Origin: Lingula anatina | Lineage: Eukaryota > Animalia > Brachiopoda | Length of the DNA: 64,000 nt | Assembly: GCA_051362555.1 (NCBI GenBank) | Contig: CM120649.1 | Location: 1,798,001-1,862,000, forward strand | Reading direction: 5' to 3' | Shown here: positions 35,678 to 49,155 of the stretch, piece after piece | How positions within the stretch are numbered: position 1 is the stretch's first letter | Layout of the letters: each line of letters begins with the position of its first letter | The notes under the pieces: model-generated | The model's input: the letters and a program-made list of their open reading frames with translations, nothing else | The model's database searches: none | Told to the model about the DNA's origin: nothing | Program-made: the position numbers and the translations under genes

Positions 35678-37734
35678 ATGATGGGATTGTTGTTCTGTCC
35701 GAGCCTTGCCCTGGCCTTGATGGCGTGCGTCTTTCTCAGTCAGCCTCAGCTGAGTCAAACTTGTAAGTGTATAGATACCTGCTTGACATCCATGTACATG
35801 TACAGTAGCATGTTTGCAGTTCATTATCAATTTTCGCCTCAGCATTTTGGTCTCAACATTGCCAGACTCAACTGAGTGAAAAATGTAACGGACCATTTCC
35901 AGAGATATTTGGATCAATCTATCTCCCTGGGGAGTCTCACTAAATTGCTATCAAACTAACCGGCTTAAACGCCTGTCACGCCTAGTAAAACTGTTAGGAG
36001 TAATTATCTAGCTGATTCGGTAGGCGTGACAGTCATTGAAGCCTCTTGAGCTAATAGCAATTAAGCGTGAACACCCAGGAAGTTAGGTCGATCCAGGGGC
36101 CCGTTTCACGAAGCAGTCATTAGTTAAAATAACTAAACACTGAACTATCTCGCTAACGAGGAAACTTAGCGATTTTCGAGGGGTGTTTCACGAAGCAGTC
36201 GTTAACTCATCGCTAAGTTCAGTCGTAAAGTTCGGTCGTTAGTACTCTCGTTACTCACCGTAGTCTCGAAACTTGCGTAAAAGTGTCACGAAAGCACTAA
36301 CTTTCCATTTTTTGGCTGGAAATGCATAAGAACGTCTGCTTTGAGGTCATCGTAAAGGATCTCTACCACCTTTTTGCCGCTCTTTTTGTTACAGCTAGGG
36401 GCAACCTCTCTTAAATTACATCATCATGTGTATATTCTGATAGATTCTGCCTATCATGAAAATGTCGCAGTCTATGTTGCCATCTGGCGGTACAGATAGC
36501 AAAATAGGCAGCTGCCATATTGTATACAAAGGCAAACGGCAGACAATGTGAACTAAGCAACCTTTTTTATTTCACTCATTATGCAAGGTAAATACGAGAC
36601 AATAATGAGCGAGAGATCTTGAGTGAGAGATCTAGCGATAGCTTCGTGAAACGGCACTCGTAACTAGCGAGGGGCTAAATACCTACCGCTAACTAACTAC
36701 TGCTTCGTGAAATACAGCTAGGCCCCAGATGGATCGATCTAATTCTGCGGGAACCCAGTCTTAGACATGACGTACAAGCTGTAACAGTGTGAAAATGATA
36801 AAATATGCATGGCCTATCTATTCAGATTGTTTGATGGATACAACATTGGTCAAAAAGGTTGTCCCACCTCCATTTCCATTTACTCTTCTTTACAAATTAT
36901 CACCTCACAGCAATAGAAATAGAAATAGTGCTTTTTATTACAAATACCGTGCCTAACATGATTAATGGTTAAAAATACAAAATAGTGGTGAGAATATACA
37001 CATTTTATACCATTTTGTAAAATTTGTAAGACTTACCCCCCTTAAACGAGCACACCCTAATGCTAATTGTGTGTGAATATGGTGACATTTGATGGCGTAT
37101 TTTCAATTTAATAGACATTTCTTTACATCTGTAGAAGTCACATATAGGCTTAACAGTGGATTTGAGGGGGTACGTCTTATAAATTTTACAAAATAGTATA
37201 AAATGTGTATATTCTCACCACTTTTTTGTATTTTTAATCATTAATCATGTTAGGCACGGTATCTGTAATAAAAAGCACTATTTCTAACAAATTACGGCTG
37301 TAAGGTGATCATCTGTAAATAAAAGTACATGGAAATGAGGGTGGGACAACCTTTTTTACCAATGTTGTATGTGTGAAATGAAAAAAAAAAATGCTTAACA
37401 TATCAATTGCCTTGCAACATCTATTTTCAGACGGATGTAAACCTGACAGTTGTTATCATAATGGCACTTGCGAAGTTACTACCGACTATCCGTCGGGCTT
37501 CCAGTGCTTTTGTCAACATGACTATTTCGGAGAGAGATGCGAATTGAGTAAGCAACGTCTTTGTGACACATAGGCTACTATCGTCCTTTGTGGATAACAG
37601 AAAATAGTTATACACAGTAAGATGTTAGAAAGCATGTTTACTATTACAACAATTGATACCGGCAGATGGATGCTTCATTTAATACAATGTATTCATTAGC
37701 AATGAGTCTTCTTCTATATGTTAGAGTTTTTGTT

Positions 37735-37770
<36 letters not shown>

Positions 37771-40700
37771 TATTTTTAGCTTCATTTATTTATTTATGTA
37801 TTTATTCGTTTTTTTATTTTTAGTTTTTTTTTTCTGCAAAATGAACAGTATGTCATATTCGTTTGATGACGTGAGTTCGTCCAGTGTTCACAACATCATC
37901 AACATCTTTTTCTGAAGAGAAAGAAAAAAAGCCTTAGCAAAAGTACGCAAAACACTGCCAGGTGGAAATTCTGTGCAAAATGAGTTCCACAGATATTAGT
38001 TGCCCTGCCTTATTACTGTATTTGAATTGAAATATCTCAACTGAAAGAGCATACATGCTAAGCATTTTATAAGCCTTGCAATATCCCCATTTCAGCTTCA
38101 TGCCATCTGTTTCATAAATGCCTGAATGGCTCAGTGTGTGTATTTAATACTACAAACTCGCAATATTTGTGCATTTGCACCAGGGGTCCTTTCGCAACTG
38201 ATTGCTATGGTAAGCCGTGCCTTTCTTAGATCGCATTCACAACGAGTTGAGCCAGGCTTTACAAATCCTGGAGACTAAATATGGCGGACGTACATGAAAG
38301 AAAAACCGCCTAATCTTTTAATAGTCTCTCCGCCTCTCACACGCCTCCCCACGTGTCGTCCCAATGGAGCCGAGGTTTAATGACTGTCCCCCGCAGGGAC
38401 GACGTGTGGGGAGGCGTGTGAGAGGCGGAGAGACTATTAAAAGATTAGGCGGTTTTTCTTTCATGTACGACCGCCATATTTAGTCCCCAGGATATGTAAA
38501 GCCTGGCTCAACTCGTTGTGAATGCGATCTTATACTACATACATTGTGTGTCTCAGTATTGAAAGATAAAAGATATAAGAAAGATCTAAGTTGTAAAGAT
38601 TTACAAAGCAAATTTAGCAGCTCAAAAATTGATGACAGAAGATATGTAGCAAGTACCACTAATAATAAATATAGACTGATATCACATCATATGTCAGGAT
38701 CTCTCTTTATAAACTATAATACCATGCTCAAACGATTAGGTGGAACTTATGAAAGCACGTCTTAAAATAACGCCCATTAAAGTGGTTAAAAAAATCAAGC
38801 ATTTTTTCGCGGGAGAGTGCCAACTTACATTTTTCTTTGTTTTCAGAAATGTGTGGGGAAAACTCCCACTGCATGTACGGGATTTATTCAGTGTTTAAAC
38901 TATTTGATTACAACTGCGATTTACATTATGGCTATCGTTGTGTTTGCGACGAGGGTTACAGATATGATGGAGGTTTTTGCCAAGGTAAGTTTTAAATAGG
39001 CCGAATTCAGCACAGTCCCCTAATGTATTCAGTGTATAAGGCGGTCCTACTCGAAATTGCGCTGGTGTTCAGAATGAAAAAAAAAAGACAGACATGGATG
39101 AGTTGAGAACAATGACCACTGCGATTCAGGATCTTACCAATATTGTGTTTGCGACGAGGGTTACCTTAGGGACGGATTGAACTGCACCAATAAGCCTTAT
39201 AGTATATTTGGATGATTGAACAATTCCGGAATTTGAAATTGGACATGACGAAAGTACAGGAGTCTTTTCCATAGGCATTTTTTTGGACTAACATTTTAGA
39301 CCCCAGAGTTTTAGCAGATTTTAAAATTTTAAACTATATGTGTGATACGATAAAGCATGCCTAATAGTTAAATTGGTTTGCAACATCTGTTTTCAGAGAT
39401 ATGTCACACTGATAGTTGCTTTCAAAATGGGTTTTGCGAAGTTAATCATGAAGAACCGCTTGGTTTCAAGTGCGTTTGTGACCCTGGTTTTTTCGGAGAG
39501 AGATGCGCATTGAGTAAGCAATGTCCTCGTGACATTTACTATCGACTTTTCTGGACAACAGGAAATAGTTATACACAGCCAAATGTTAGAAAGCATATTT
39601 ACTTTTGCAACAATTGATACCAGCAGATATGCTTAATTAAATAGTAGTGTGTCTACCCAAAGAGTTATTTATGTAAGAGTTATTTATTTATTTGTTTTTA
39701 GGTTTTTACTTTGAAACGAACAGTACTCCATTATCGCTTGATGGCGGGGGGGGGGGGGGGGGGGGGTCCAGTGTTAATTCATACAACACAGTATTGATAA
39801 CATTAAGTTTAAGTGCTTTTTTGATCTGAAGAGTAAGAAAAAGGGCTGAGAAATGTACACAAAAAATGGCAGGTGTAAATTCTGTACGAAATGAATTCTG
39901 TAGATATTAGTTACGCTGCCTTAGTAAATGCTTAAATTATAAGAATTGAAATAACTTTTAATGCTTAGCATTTTATAGCACTTGCAGTGTCCTCATTTCA
40001 GGTCTGTGCCTTTGGAATAAATGCTTGAATGATGCAACGTGTGTAGTTAATACTATAAGTGCGCGATCGTGGTGCATTTGTGACGAGGGTTATTTCGGAA
40101 CATTGTGCGAAAAAGGTAAGCCGTGCCCTTCTAATACTGCACACATTGTGTATCTCAGTATTAACATATATCTATGTTGTGAAGCATGCAGCAAAGGGAA
40201 TTACAAAGCAAATTTACCAGCGCAAAAATTGCTGCCAGAAAATATGTAGCAAGTACAGTAGTAGTACCTTCTATAGACTGATTTCAAGTCATATGGCTCT
40301 AGATCTCTGTTTATAAACTATAATACTATATTCAAACGATTTTGTTACGAAAACGTGTCCTATGGCTGTAGATCTCTGTTTATGATAATACAACTAACAT
40401 ATTCAGATGATTAGGTGGAACTTATGAAAACACGTCATAATATAACGCCCATTTAGGTGGTTTAAAATATTCAGGTATTCAGTCGCGGGCGAGTGGCAAC
40501 GTACATTTTTTTAATTTGTTTTCAGCACAATGTGGGGAAAACGCACACTGCGCTGACAAGCTGCGCAATCGGCCATTGCCCGATAAAAATGACAACTGCA
40601 ATTCATTATATGACCAACATTGTGTTTGCAACGAGGGTTACAGCGGGGATGGATTCAACTGCACCGGTAGGTCTTAGGTCGCATTCGGAACAGTGGACTA

Positions 40701-40815
40701 ACTAGTCCTCGGGTCAAATATGGCCTACTCACTTGTATACTTCTCCCTAATATATTCAGTCTATATAAGTGGATTCGACGGTCCAACCCCAAAGTGTATT
40801 CAGCAAAGTGTATAG

Positions 40816-40850
<35 letters not shown>

Positions 40851-41684
40851 ATGGGCGAGTTTAACAAGTTTAAGGTTTATACAGGTCTGTTCATAAAATT
40901 TCATTATTCTGCGTTTTTCAATATTTGATGGAAATATGTGTACTCTGAAAGGTCATTATGTCTATCATAATTATTATCAATTTCATTTTATCATTTTTAT
41001 TAAAAATAATTTTATAAAAAAATAAACACTTTATAATTTTGCAAAAATGCTCATCAGCTAGGTAGTTTGATAATAAATAAAAATTAGCAAACACAAGCCG
41101 AGAAAAATGTCTTACCGTTAGGTTACTTTTGTGGGACTATATGTGAGATTAACTGTCGTGACTGCATTTTTTTTTTTTTTTTACATTGGTGAGACAGATA
41201 GACAGTTTAAGACCAGGGCTAGTGAACAAAGAAAACCAGTGACTGCATCGGACGTACATAGAAAATACCAGCTCTGCCACTTCTAAACATGTTATAAACA
41301 CCGGTCCATCACTGGAATCCAACTAGGTTCCCTGAATCCAAGTCATCTGAGATCCTACGTAAGAAACGAGAGGTTATCATCATCAGCTGTCACAAGCCAT
41401 CCATGGATAGGGACGGTGGGTCGATCTACCTGACATTTATAAGAGTGTCCTGGCCCCTATACCACCTATTGGACACTGAGTATCAACGTCTACTCACGTC
41501 ATTCTGATAAAGGCATACGTCCAGGTTTGCCGAAAGCTTCCGGTATGAAAGTTTCTCGGCTTGTGTTTGACTGAAAAAAATTGTTTGTGCATTACTGAAT
41601 GCACCAAATGCCCTCTAATATAAAAACGGGGTAAAGGTGTTCAGAAAACATGTTTTTTTTTTTATTTCAGAATCGGTGGAATAA
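35678..41684 (+). CDS. Copy 4: secreted protein SP-A-B-C-A-B-C, 279 aa predicted (exons 35678-35762, 37431-37547, 38096-38209, 38847-38984, 39397-39513, 40002-40115, 40526-40666, 41671-41684)
   Basis: Signal exon MMGLLFCPSLALALMACVFLSQPQLSQT; six open 6-Cys exons of 117/114/138/117/114/141 nt with CAG/GT boundaries; stop exon ESVE*. Confidence 0.85.
35890..36755. mobile_element. MITE W copy interrupted by a Harbinger-like element
   Basis: Homologous to 20428-20647; split at gatccag (36090-36096). Confidence 0.6.
36097..36725. mobile_element. Harbinger-like non-autonomous element, TSD CAG
   Basis: CAG at 36094-36096 and 36726-36728; termini gggcccgtttcacgaagcagt / actgcttcgtgaaatacagctaggccc; repeated tttcacgaagc subterminal motifs. 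Confidence 0.7.
36841..37367. mobile_element. Tc1/mariner-type MITE with about 200-bp TIRs
   Basis: TA flanks; caacattggtcaaaaaggttgtcccacc / ggtgggacaaccttttttaccaatgttg; partial copy at 55261-55573. Confidence 0.85.
38229..38529. mobile_element. Near-perfect hairpin MITE, TSD TTA (PIF/Harbinger-like)
   Basis: About 135-bp arms gatcgcattcacaacgagttgagccagg.. around a roughly 33-bp spacer; TTA at 38226-38228 and 38530-38532; begins 20 nt into the intron after exon B1. Confidence 0.85.
39105..39189 (+). pseudogene. Dead 3' half of a C exon
   Basis: ENNDHCDSGSYQYCVCDEGYLRDGLNCT; acceptor and 5' half deleted, donor GTAAG changed to ATAAG. Confidence 0.8.
41088..41570 (+). mobile_element. Penelope-like remnant in the last intron of copy 4
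   Basis: Short inverted ends caaacacaagccgagaaa / tttctcggcttgtgtttg; degenerate hammerhead ctgataa-aggc..gcc-gaaagctt at 41504-41539; homologues at 52696-53223 and about 61400-62164. Confidence 0.55.
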
Positions 41685-42775
41685 AAAACCAGAATACGAA
41701 ATAACAAAAAAAAAATTGCAGGAGAGGATCCGCAGTTATTTGATTTAATTACGAACTGAATGTATTATAAATACTCATTTGGACATTCATTGCAAATTAT
41801 GTATGAATTAAGTTTTAATTGAATCAACTGGAAAGAAAATATTTTGGGCATTGCATTTGGTTCTTTTTTTCACATCACATTTGTTTTGCATTTTATGATT
41901 CTAAACATAAAACCTGTCGTAATTGGTTAAAGTACGAACAGAAATGGACGTTCACAACGTGCTATACGGTTAATGGATTATTTTACTTGTTTTTAGTATC
42001 TCAATACCAAATACGTACCACATTGCCTAACTCCCGCATTGGCTACAACAGACTCATAACCAGCTGTAATAAGAGGTATTCGTCAGTTTCTACTTTATTG
42101 TTGGTCCAACCAGTTTCTGTGTCAGAAAAAAGTAACGTTTAACGGGGTCTGTCGTGTATAGCAAACAGTGTATCTAGCCGAGTTACAGTATCATATTCAA
42201 TTACAATTTTATCACATTGGTAAAATCCGATCTGTTCCACCCGAAAAACAGTGATGCCAATGCCAAATATTAACACTTAACGTTTAAATTCTAGATAAAT
42301 ATTTATTTATTATAAGGGGGAAGTTTTCATATAACTTACATTTCTCTTTTTCTTGGCCTGTTTTGGTTGAATAATATGGCTGATATTCCAACACTTTTTG
42401 TCGCATATTTTAGCTGCTAGGCATTCACAGCACACACACAAACGAGAGAGAGAGAGAGAGAGACCAATGCCAAGGATAGAATTTTTTTCGAGTTTTCGAC
42501 TTGACAAGCAACGATTTGCATATAGTCGTACATGAAAAGCAATGCATGTTAAGTCGCATTGCTTATTCTGGATAATTCAATATCATCCAAAGCGTCATAC
42601 GGGTTTCCATTATTCTTAATTCCTACGTCCTGTGTCAAAGTAGCACTGAAATTAACTGGGTAATGCAAATAAAATCGCTCGCTGCATGGTGTGAGAGTCA
42701 TCTTTGTTGTAATGTTTTGACTGTTATTCAATCACTGTGTCACATACGCACACGCACATACACACACACACACAC

Positions 42776-42824
<49 letters not shown>

Positions 42825-43287
42825 GGGGTGAACTGACAGCTAGATCGCTGCCACGGAAAGAAGGATACCATATATTTGATTTAACTGAGCAATTCAAATG
42901 CAATATTGCAATGCTGTTTTTGTTTATCTGTCATTATTTTCCCGCCACCCGGCAGTTTACGTGGCGCACACACAACACAAACGAGAGAGAGAGAGAGAGA
43001 GAGAGAGACTGAATTTTATCACATATATTTATGTTTAAAATGGGTTAATTAGCCGGGTAACATCATAATAAACAAGACAAACAAAAAGTTGGCCAGAATC
43101 CCCTCAAAGACTTTACCTTAATACTTGCCAAGCTACGGGAGTGTTACTGGAAGTCGCGGCCTGTATAATTGTTTCTAGGTCAAATATAAAATACACGTTT
43201 CATGCTGTACGAAAGAAGCCGATGAAAGACCTATAAACGGCGTGTGACGGTAAATGGGGCATCGTAGTTTCCATAAGCAAATTCTTG

Positions 43288-43415
43288 ATTGGATGGCTTC
43301 TCGTGTGCCATGTTTTTCAGGAGATACACTGATGTACCGGTTCTGACAGTATATTATAACAAGTAGGCGAGGAGACATTTCATTTCGTGACCTGACTTCA
43401 ACGAAAAAAAAGGAG
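43288..43415 (+). promoter_or_regulatory. Promoter and non-coding exon 1 of copy 5
   Basis: ATTGG at 43288, TATATTATAA at 43350-43359, donor GAG|GTAAGT at 43415/43416; next acceptor ends at 49109. Confidence 0.6.
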
Positions 43416-43460
43416 GTAAGTTTTATGAGAAATATTATGATTGGTGCAATTGTAGAACTA

Positions 43461-44439
43461 CAGTCTTAACATTTAATATGGAATATTTCAGTTTCGAGGG
43501 TATGCCTAGGTAAAAATGTTTTTCTTTTTTTAAAACAAACTCGGATCTCGTAGAGAAGTGTGAAGACAGGTGTGTCGCTTCCAATTAACTGAAAACCAGG
43601 TTTGTTGTGCTGCTGCATTATGTAATACGCAGTGATTCAATTGGGGAGTGCTCTTTTGGGCAGGTCAAAACTTGGCTTTCGCAAAGCATGGTTCTGTCAA
43701 AAAAAGTATCCATATATCGGCAACTAATGCATAGAAGAATTTTTAATTTTGCAAGCAAGTGGTCGGTTTTGCAGTGTGTAAAATGAGCTATGCAGTGCTT
43801 TAAAATTGTGTTAATCTGCGGCAGAATGGCGCGAAAAAGACAGAAATTGCCAGACAGATAATTGCGCCAAACGAAACGGTTCGCACAGTTTTATAGAGTA
43901 ATGCACAGACTGATGTACCCACACAGAGGCCACACCCAATATATTGAAATCTTACCACCAGGATACAGGACCCATTGTCTTTCGGGATATGCTGTTGCCA
44001 CTAAACAAAAACCACCCAGGCCGTTCAGAATAAGGAGTACATTGCCACAAAAACGCGTTTTCAAGGCCCTTAGCGAATACCAAACTGGTTTTAGCAGGTT
44101 AGAATACCAGACGACCTCCAAGGAACCCACTGTAAAAAGGAAAATATCGTTGTATGTTTCTCTAATGAATTGGGGACCTTGTCCGTTTCTGGGTTGAACA
44201 CTAAAACCTCGTGGCTTTCTTTAGTGAGGTCGGATTTCACCTGTGTCGCTCAACTAGTCAAAACAGAGTTTTGGCGAAATTCTGTTAATTAACTAGTGTC
44301 ACAATGACATCATAGAGATAATTAAAAGTTATCAAAACACGATTTTAATCCTTATTTTCATTTATCAGTCAGCAAAATAGGAAAAAATCTGATGAAAAAT
44401 GATTTGGAAAAAATATTCCATATTAAATGTCAAGTCTGT
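43461..44439 (+). mobile_element. Tc1-like internal-deletion derivative (same family as 46177-47838)
   Basis: TA flanks; TIRs cagtcttaacatttaatatggaatattt / aaatattccatattaaatgtcaagtctg; colinear with the longer copy apart from a deletion at about 44270. Confidence 0.88.
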
Positions 44440-45216
44440 AGATTCTGATCTCCTGTTCACACGATCATGTCACAATAAACAGTGGAATATCTCTCAGCTG
44501 TTCCTGTGAATTATGTTGCTTCCTCCCATATATATATATGCTCTTCATGTTTGGACAGGAATCCAGTAAACCCAAATACGACCAAAGAGTGACTAATATA
44601 GGAGATGATTGCCTTGGTTCACACAGTTTGAACAATCGCCTTATGAATTTGAAGAGAGGAAATGGCATTTTCCATTTGTTGAAACTATGTGTTTTTGTTT
44701 GCTTCAATGGCGAATTCTATTAATGAACTAGTGTCACTAGGAAATGGCATTTTCCATTTGTTGAAACTATTTCGTAGACTCAATCAAATTTAGAGCAAAT
44801 TGTATTTGAATGATTTCATTATACATTTATCACAACAGACTATCAAACAGATTGATGTGGAAGTCATTTGTATTATACGGGCATGTCGTCGGTTGTGCAG
44901 GTAGGTTCTCTGAGATATATGGATTATATGCATTTTTGCTAAACGAAAAACGTCGAGTATTTACATAATCTGCAAATGGGTTGCAACTATGGTTTTAACA
45001 AAATGTGGGTAACTAAACTGTAAAATATTTTAGTAGAACACGAGGTTGACTTGATGGGTCTCCATATGTGGCACGCTTATCAGGAGGTACTATAAGGTCA
45101 ATAAATAGATCTAGATACCACTGCTTTGTATCCTATAGCAGACGTGGTCCAAAAGCACCAAAACCAGCTTTATTTACTGCCAACAATGCTTGTTGCTCTG
45201 GCCATATGCAAAACCT

Positions 45217-45253
<37 letters not shown>

Positions 45254-45316
45254 CGGGAGAGTTGAAGACCTTGTAAATGGTAGGTTTTTAAGCAGGTTTT
45301 TAAGTAGGTTTTTAAG

Positions 45317-48300
45317 ATATCGTCTGCCCAAAATATAGATTAGATTGGGGAAAAACTAGTTTCAAAATGCTAGGGATAGAATTTGACGTAGATTTAGGTA
45401 AGATAACTAAGCAAAATATGGAGACCAAATTAACTTCCATGAAAAAAATATTTAATCAGTGGAGAGTAAGAAATATAACACCAATTGGTAAAATAACAGT
45501 AATAAAAACATTAGCCTTGCCGGTATTGAATCATATATTTATATCGCTCCCAAACCCAGAGGAAAAACAGATTAAAGAATTAGAAAAGTGTCTTTTTTTC
45601 TTTTCTTTGGAATAATAAACCTAAAAGAAATATCATTATAAGAGATTATAAAGCTGGGGGCTTGAGGATGGTAAGCGTGAGGCATTTTATAAAATCGTAA
45701 AAAATTCCGTGGGTAAGAAGACTTATGTTCGAAAATAAAGAATGGAAAAATATTATAACTAAATATGTAGACACTGAAAAACTAATTACATGTGGTACAG
45801 AATATATCTCAAAAATCTTGAAAAACATAAAAAATAGATTCTGGATTGATGCCTTAGCAGCCTGGAAAGAACTGTGGTACAATAATGGCCAATAAAATCA
45901 AGGATTTTGGTAACATTCCACTCTTTCTAAATGAAAATATACTTATTGGAAATAAACCTGTCTTCTATACATCGTGGTATGACAAAAACATTAGATTTGT
46001 TAATGATCTACTCCTGGACTCTGGCGAGTTCTATGACTTCACTGCGTTCAGGGATATCCACGGTATTGACACAAATTTTGTCGAATACCATGGAATTATC
46101 TCAGCCATAAAAGAATGGCTTGGTGGTATTCCTGAATAATTAAGTAAAATTGCCACTCCTTTAATTCCTGATCATACAGACTTGACATTTAATATGGAAT
46201 ATTTCAGTTTCGAAGGTATACCTAGGTAAAAATACGTTCTTTTTTCAAAAAACTCCGATCTCATATAAGATTTGTGAATGTAAAAGTGTGCAGTCAGGTG
46301 TGTCACTACCAATTAACTGACTTTCATGCCTGTTGCGCTGCTACATTATGTAATTTGCAGTGATTTAATTGGGTAGTGTTCCTTTGGGCTGATCAAAGCT
46401 TGGCTTAGGCAAAGCTTGGTTCTGTCAAAAAAGTTTCCATATTTCGGCAACTACTGCATAGAAGAATTTGAAATTTTGCATGCAGGCGGTCAGTTTTGCA
46501 GTGTGTAAGATGAGTCAAGTAGTGCATTACAAATTTGTCAATCTAAGGAAGAATGGCGCGAAAAAGACAGACATAACCAGACAGATCATAGCGCCAAACG
46601 GAACGGTCCCCACAGTTTTATAGAGTAATGCCCAGACTGATGTACCTACACAGAGGTCACCCCCAATGTATCAAAATTTTACCTACAGGGTACAGGACCC
46701 ACTGTCTTTCGGGATACGCTGCTGCAACTAAACAAAAAACACTTAGTCCGTTCAGAACGAGGGGTAAATTGGCACTAAAATGCGTTTTTCAAAGCCCTTA
46801 GCGAACACCAAACTGGTTTTCGCAAGTCAAAACTCCAAATGACCTGCGAGGTACCCACTGTATACAGCAAAACATCGTCGTCTGTTTCTCTAATGAATTG
46901 GGGGCCATGAACGATTCTGGGTAGAACACTGAAACTGCGTGGCTTTCTTTATTGAGGTCAGATTTCACCTGTACCGCCCAATTAGTCAAAACAGAGTTTA
47001 CAGATATCCAGAAGAGGCCTACGACGAAGCATATGCTAGGTCTAAAGTGACAAGGGTGATTGACAGCGTCAGTATTTGGAGTAGATTCCACATTGGTGCC
47101 AAAACACCAATGGTAGTCATCGACGAAAACCTGAACCAGATCAAATACAGGAATAATCTCGGAACCACTTGACTATCATTTGATAGGGAGCACCTTAGAA
47201 ACAATTCTAGGTTGCACGATGCGGTTGCAGGTTCACACAGAGCACTTTTAATAGCAGATAACTTACAGAACCAAGGGAATGAGCAGCTACCCTGGTCATC
47301 AAAATCGCCACATTTGAACCACATAGACAATATTTCGTTAGACCATTATTTGCCAATCAACTGCCTACATGTCCTACAACAAAACTGGACCAGATTGGAC
47401 AATTTTAGACCGATGCCTGGAATGCTATTCCAGATTGAACTCTAAAAACCTACCCCCAAGAAATGCCTTGCCGCTTGAGAGCGCTGGCAACAGCCACGAA
47501 GAGGCCAGGCGTAACAACGACCATTACTGTGACTAGCAACTGACACGAGGGTCTTTTGTGGAGCGTATTACCCTTTTACAGGCGATAATTTGGAAAATAT
47601 GGAGATCCAAAATATCTCTTTTAATGGGAGTCGTATGACATAGAATAGGCAATGTGTTTTTGTTTGCTTCTCTGGCAAATTCCACTAATAAACTGATGTC
47701 ACAATGACATCAAAGAGATAATTTAAAGTTATTAAAACACGATTATAATCCTTATTTTCATTTATCAGTCAGCAAAATAGGAAAAAACTGATAAAAAATC
47801 ATTTCGAAAAAAATATTCCATATTAAATGTCAAGTCTGTATATTGTTGCTGTCAGGTTGTTCAAAAGGCTCAAAGATTTATTATAAAACTTTAAGTAAAG
47901 TAGGTGTTCTTGAGATGTCGAAAGGTATGAATAAATGGAAGGAGTTGTTAAATTTGGAGGAAAATGAATGCCCGAAGATTTTCGAACTTCCTTTCAAAAT
48001 AACAAAAGATTCAAAGCTTCACTGGTTCCAATTTCGAATTAATCATAATATCCTTACCACAAATTCACTGCTTTTCAAATATAAAATGGTCGACAGCAGT
48101 ATATGTTCCCTTTGCAAAGGAGCTGAAGAAACAACTGAGCATTTATTCTGGAATTGTGCGGTTACCCAAAAATTATTGACCGACTTGGTAGAATATATAT
48201 TATCTAATACTCAAGTTACTCTACCTGTCTCAAAAAGGAATTGCTTAGTCGGCTCTACGAGCCTCTCTCCAAGTATTAATCTCATAATGTTGCAATTTAA

Positions 48301-48583
48301 ATTTTATATTTATTTAAGAAGATGTTCACAGGGTAAACCAACATTAGGAGGTTTGATTTCATCGCTTAGATATCTGGTGAAAACAGATAAGTTAATCTGT
48401 CAGTACAATTCAAATATAATTAAGTTATTTTCAATTTGAAGATTAAGCGTACGACGATGTAATTAACTAAAAAGTGTTATATAGTATAACATCTCTTATG
48501 TGTAAGTGTGTGAGCGAGTGTCTGTTTGTTTGTGTTTGTATTGTCATGTTTTTTGATGTATTGTGTCAATAAAAAAAAAAAAA
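45317..48583 (+). mobile_element. 5'-truncated, decayed L1/Tx1-clade LINE split by a Tc1 insertion
   Basis: ORF2 C-terminal remnants FKMLGIEF, WRVRNITPIGKITVIKTLALP, GGLRM, FQFRINHNILTTN, CSLCKGAEETTEHLFWNC; AATAAA and poly(A) at 48568-48583; TSD AGGTTTTTAAGC at 45282-45293 and 48584-48595. Confidence 0.88.
46177..47838 (+). mobile_element. Full-length decayed Tc1-like transposon (1662 bp)
   Basis: TA TSD at 46175-46176 and 47839-47840; TIR cagacttgacatttaatatggaatattt; broken transposase (FFIEVRFHL, SVSIWSRF, LPWSSKSPHLNHIDN). Confidence 0.9.
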
Positions 48584-49155
48584 AGGTTTTTAAGCATTAT
48601 TTTCGAAACCTGAAACCAAACAAAGGATTTTTGTGTGAACATATTTAGCAAACAAGAAGTGTATGATCGAGAAGCCCTACGACCTCATGACAGAGTTTCA
48701 ATTTCATTTTTTCAGTCACGGTTACTGAATGATTCCATCTTTCATAAGTTTCCGTCCTCAATAAGATGTTATCATAACCAGCACCCAAACCTGCTATCAT
48801 GTTAGTAAAAACGATGAATCAGGCGCACGCACAGACAGCTGCGACCGGGTTGACTCACCACAAATAAAAGCCTTGGAACAAGCGATGATATTGGCGTGAT
48901 CGTGCGGTTGCAAATCGCAATTCCTTCGAGAAAGATAATATATCGTCATATCGCATTGCTTGTGTACATGTACCCTGTACATAGTAAGTTGCGGTGTTTT
49001 CAAGAAAGTAAGCCCAATTGAGTTTAAAGATTGTCATACATGTATGCATAATCATGATTACGTTAAAATTTTGCCACTTTCTTTTTCTGAATAACGTATT
49101 TTATTCCAGCATAGAAATGCTAGAAAAGAGTACTTTATCGAACATCAACCAATCA

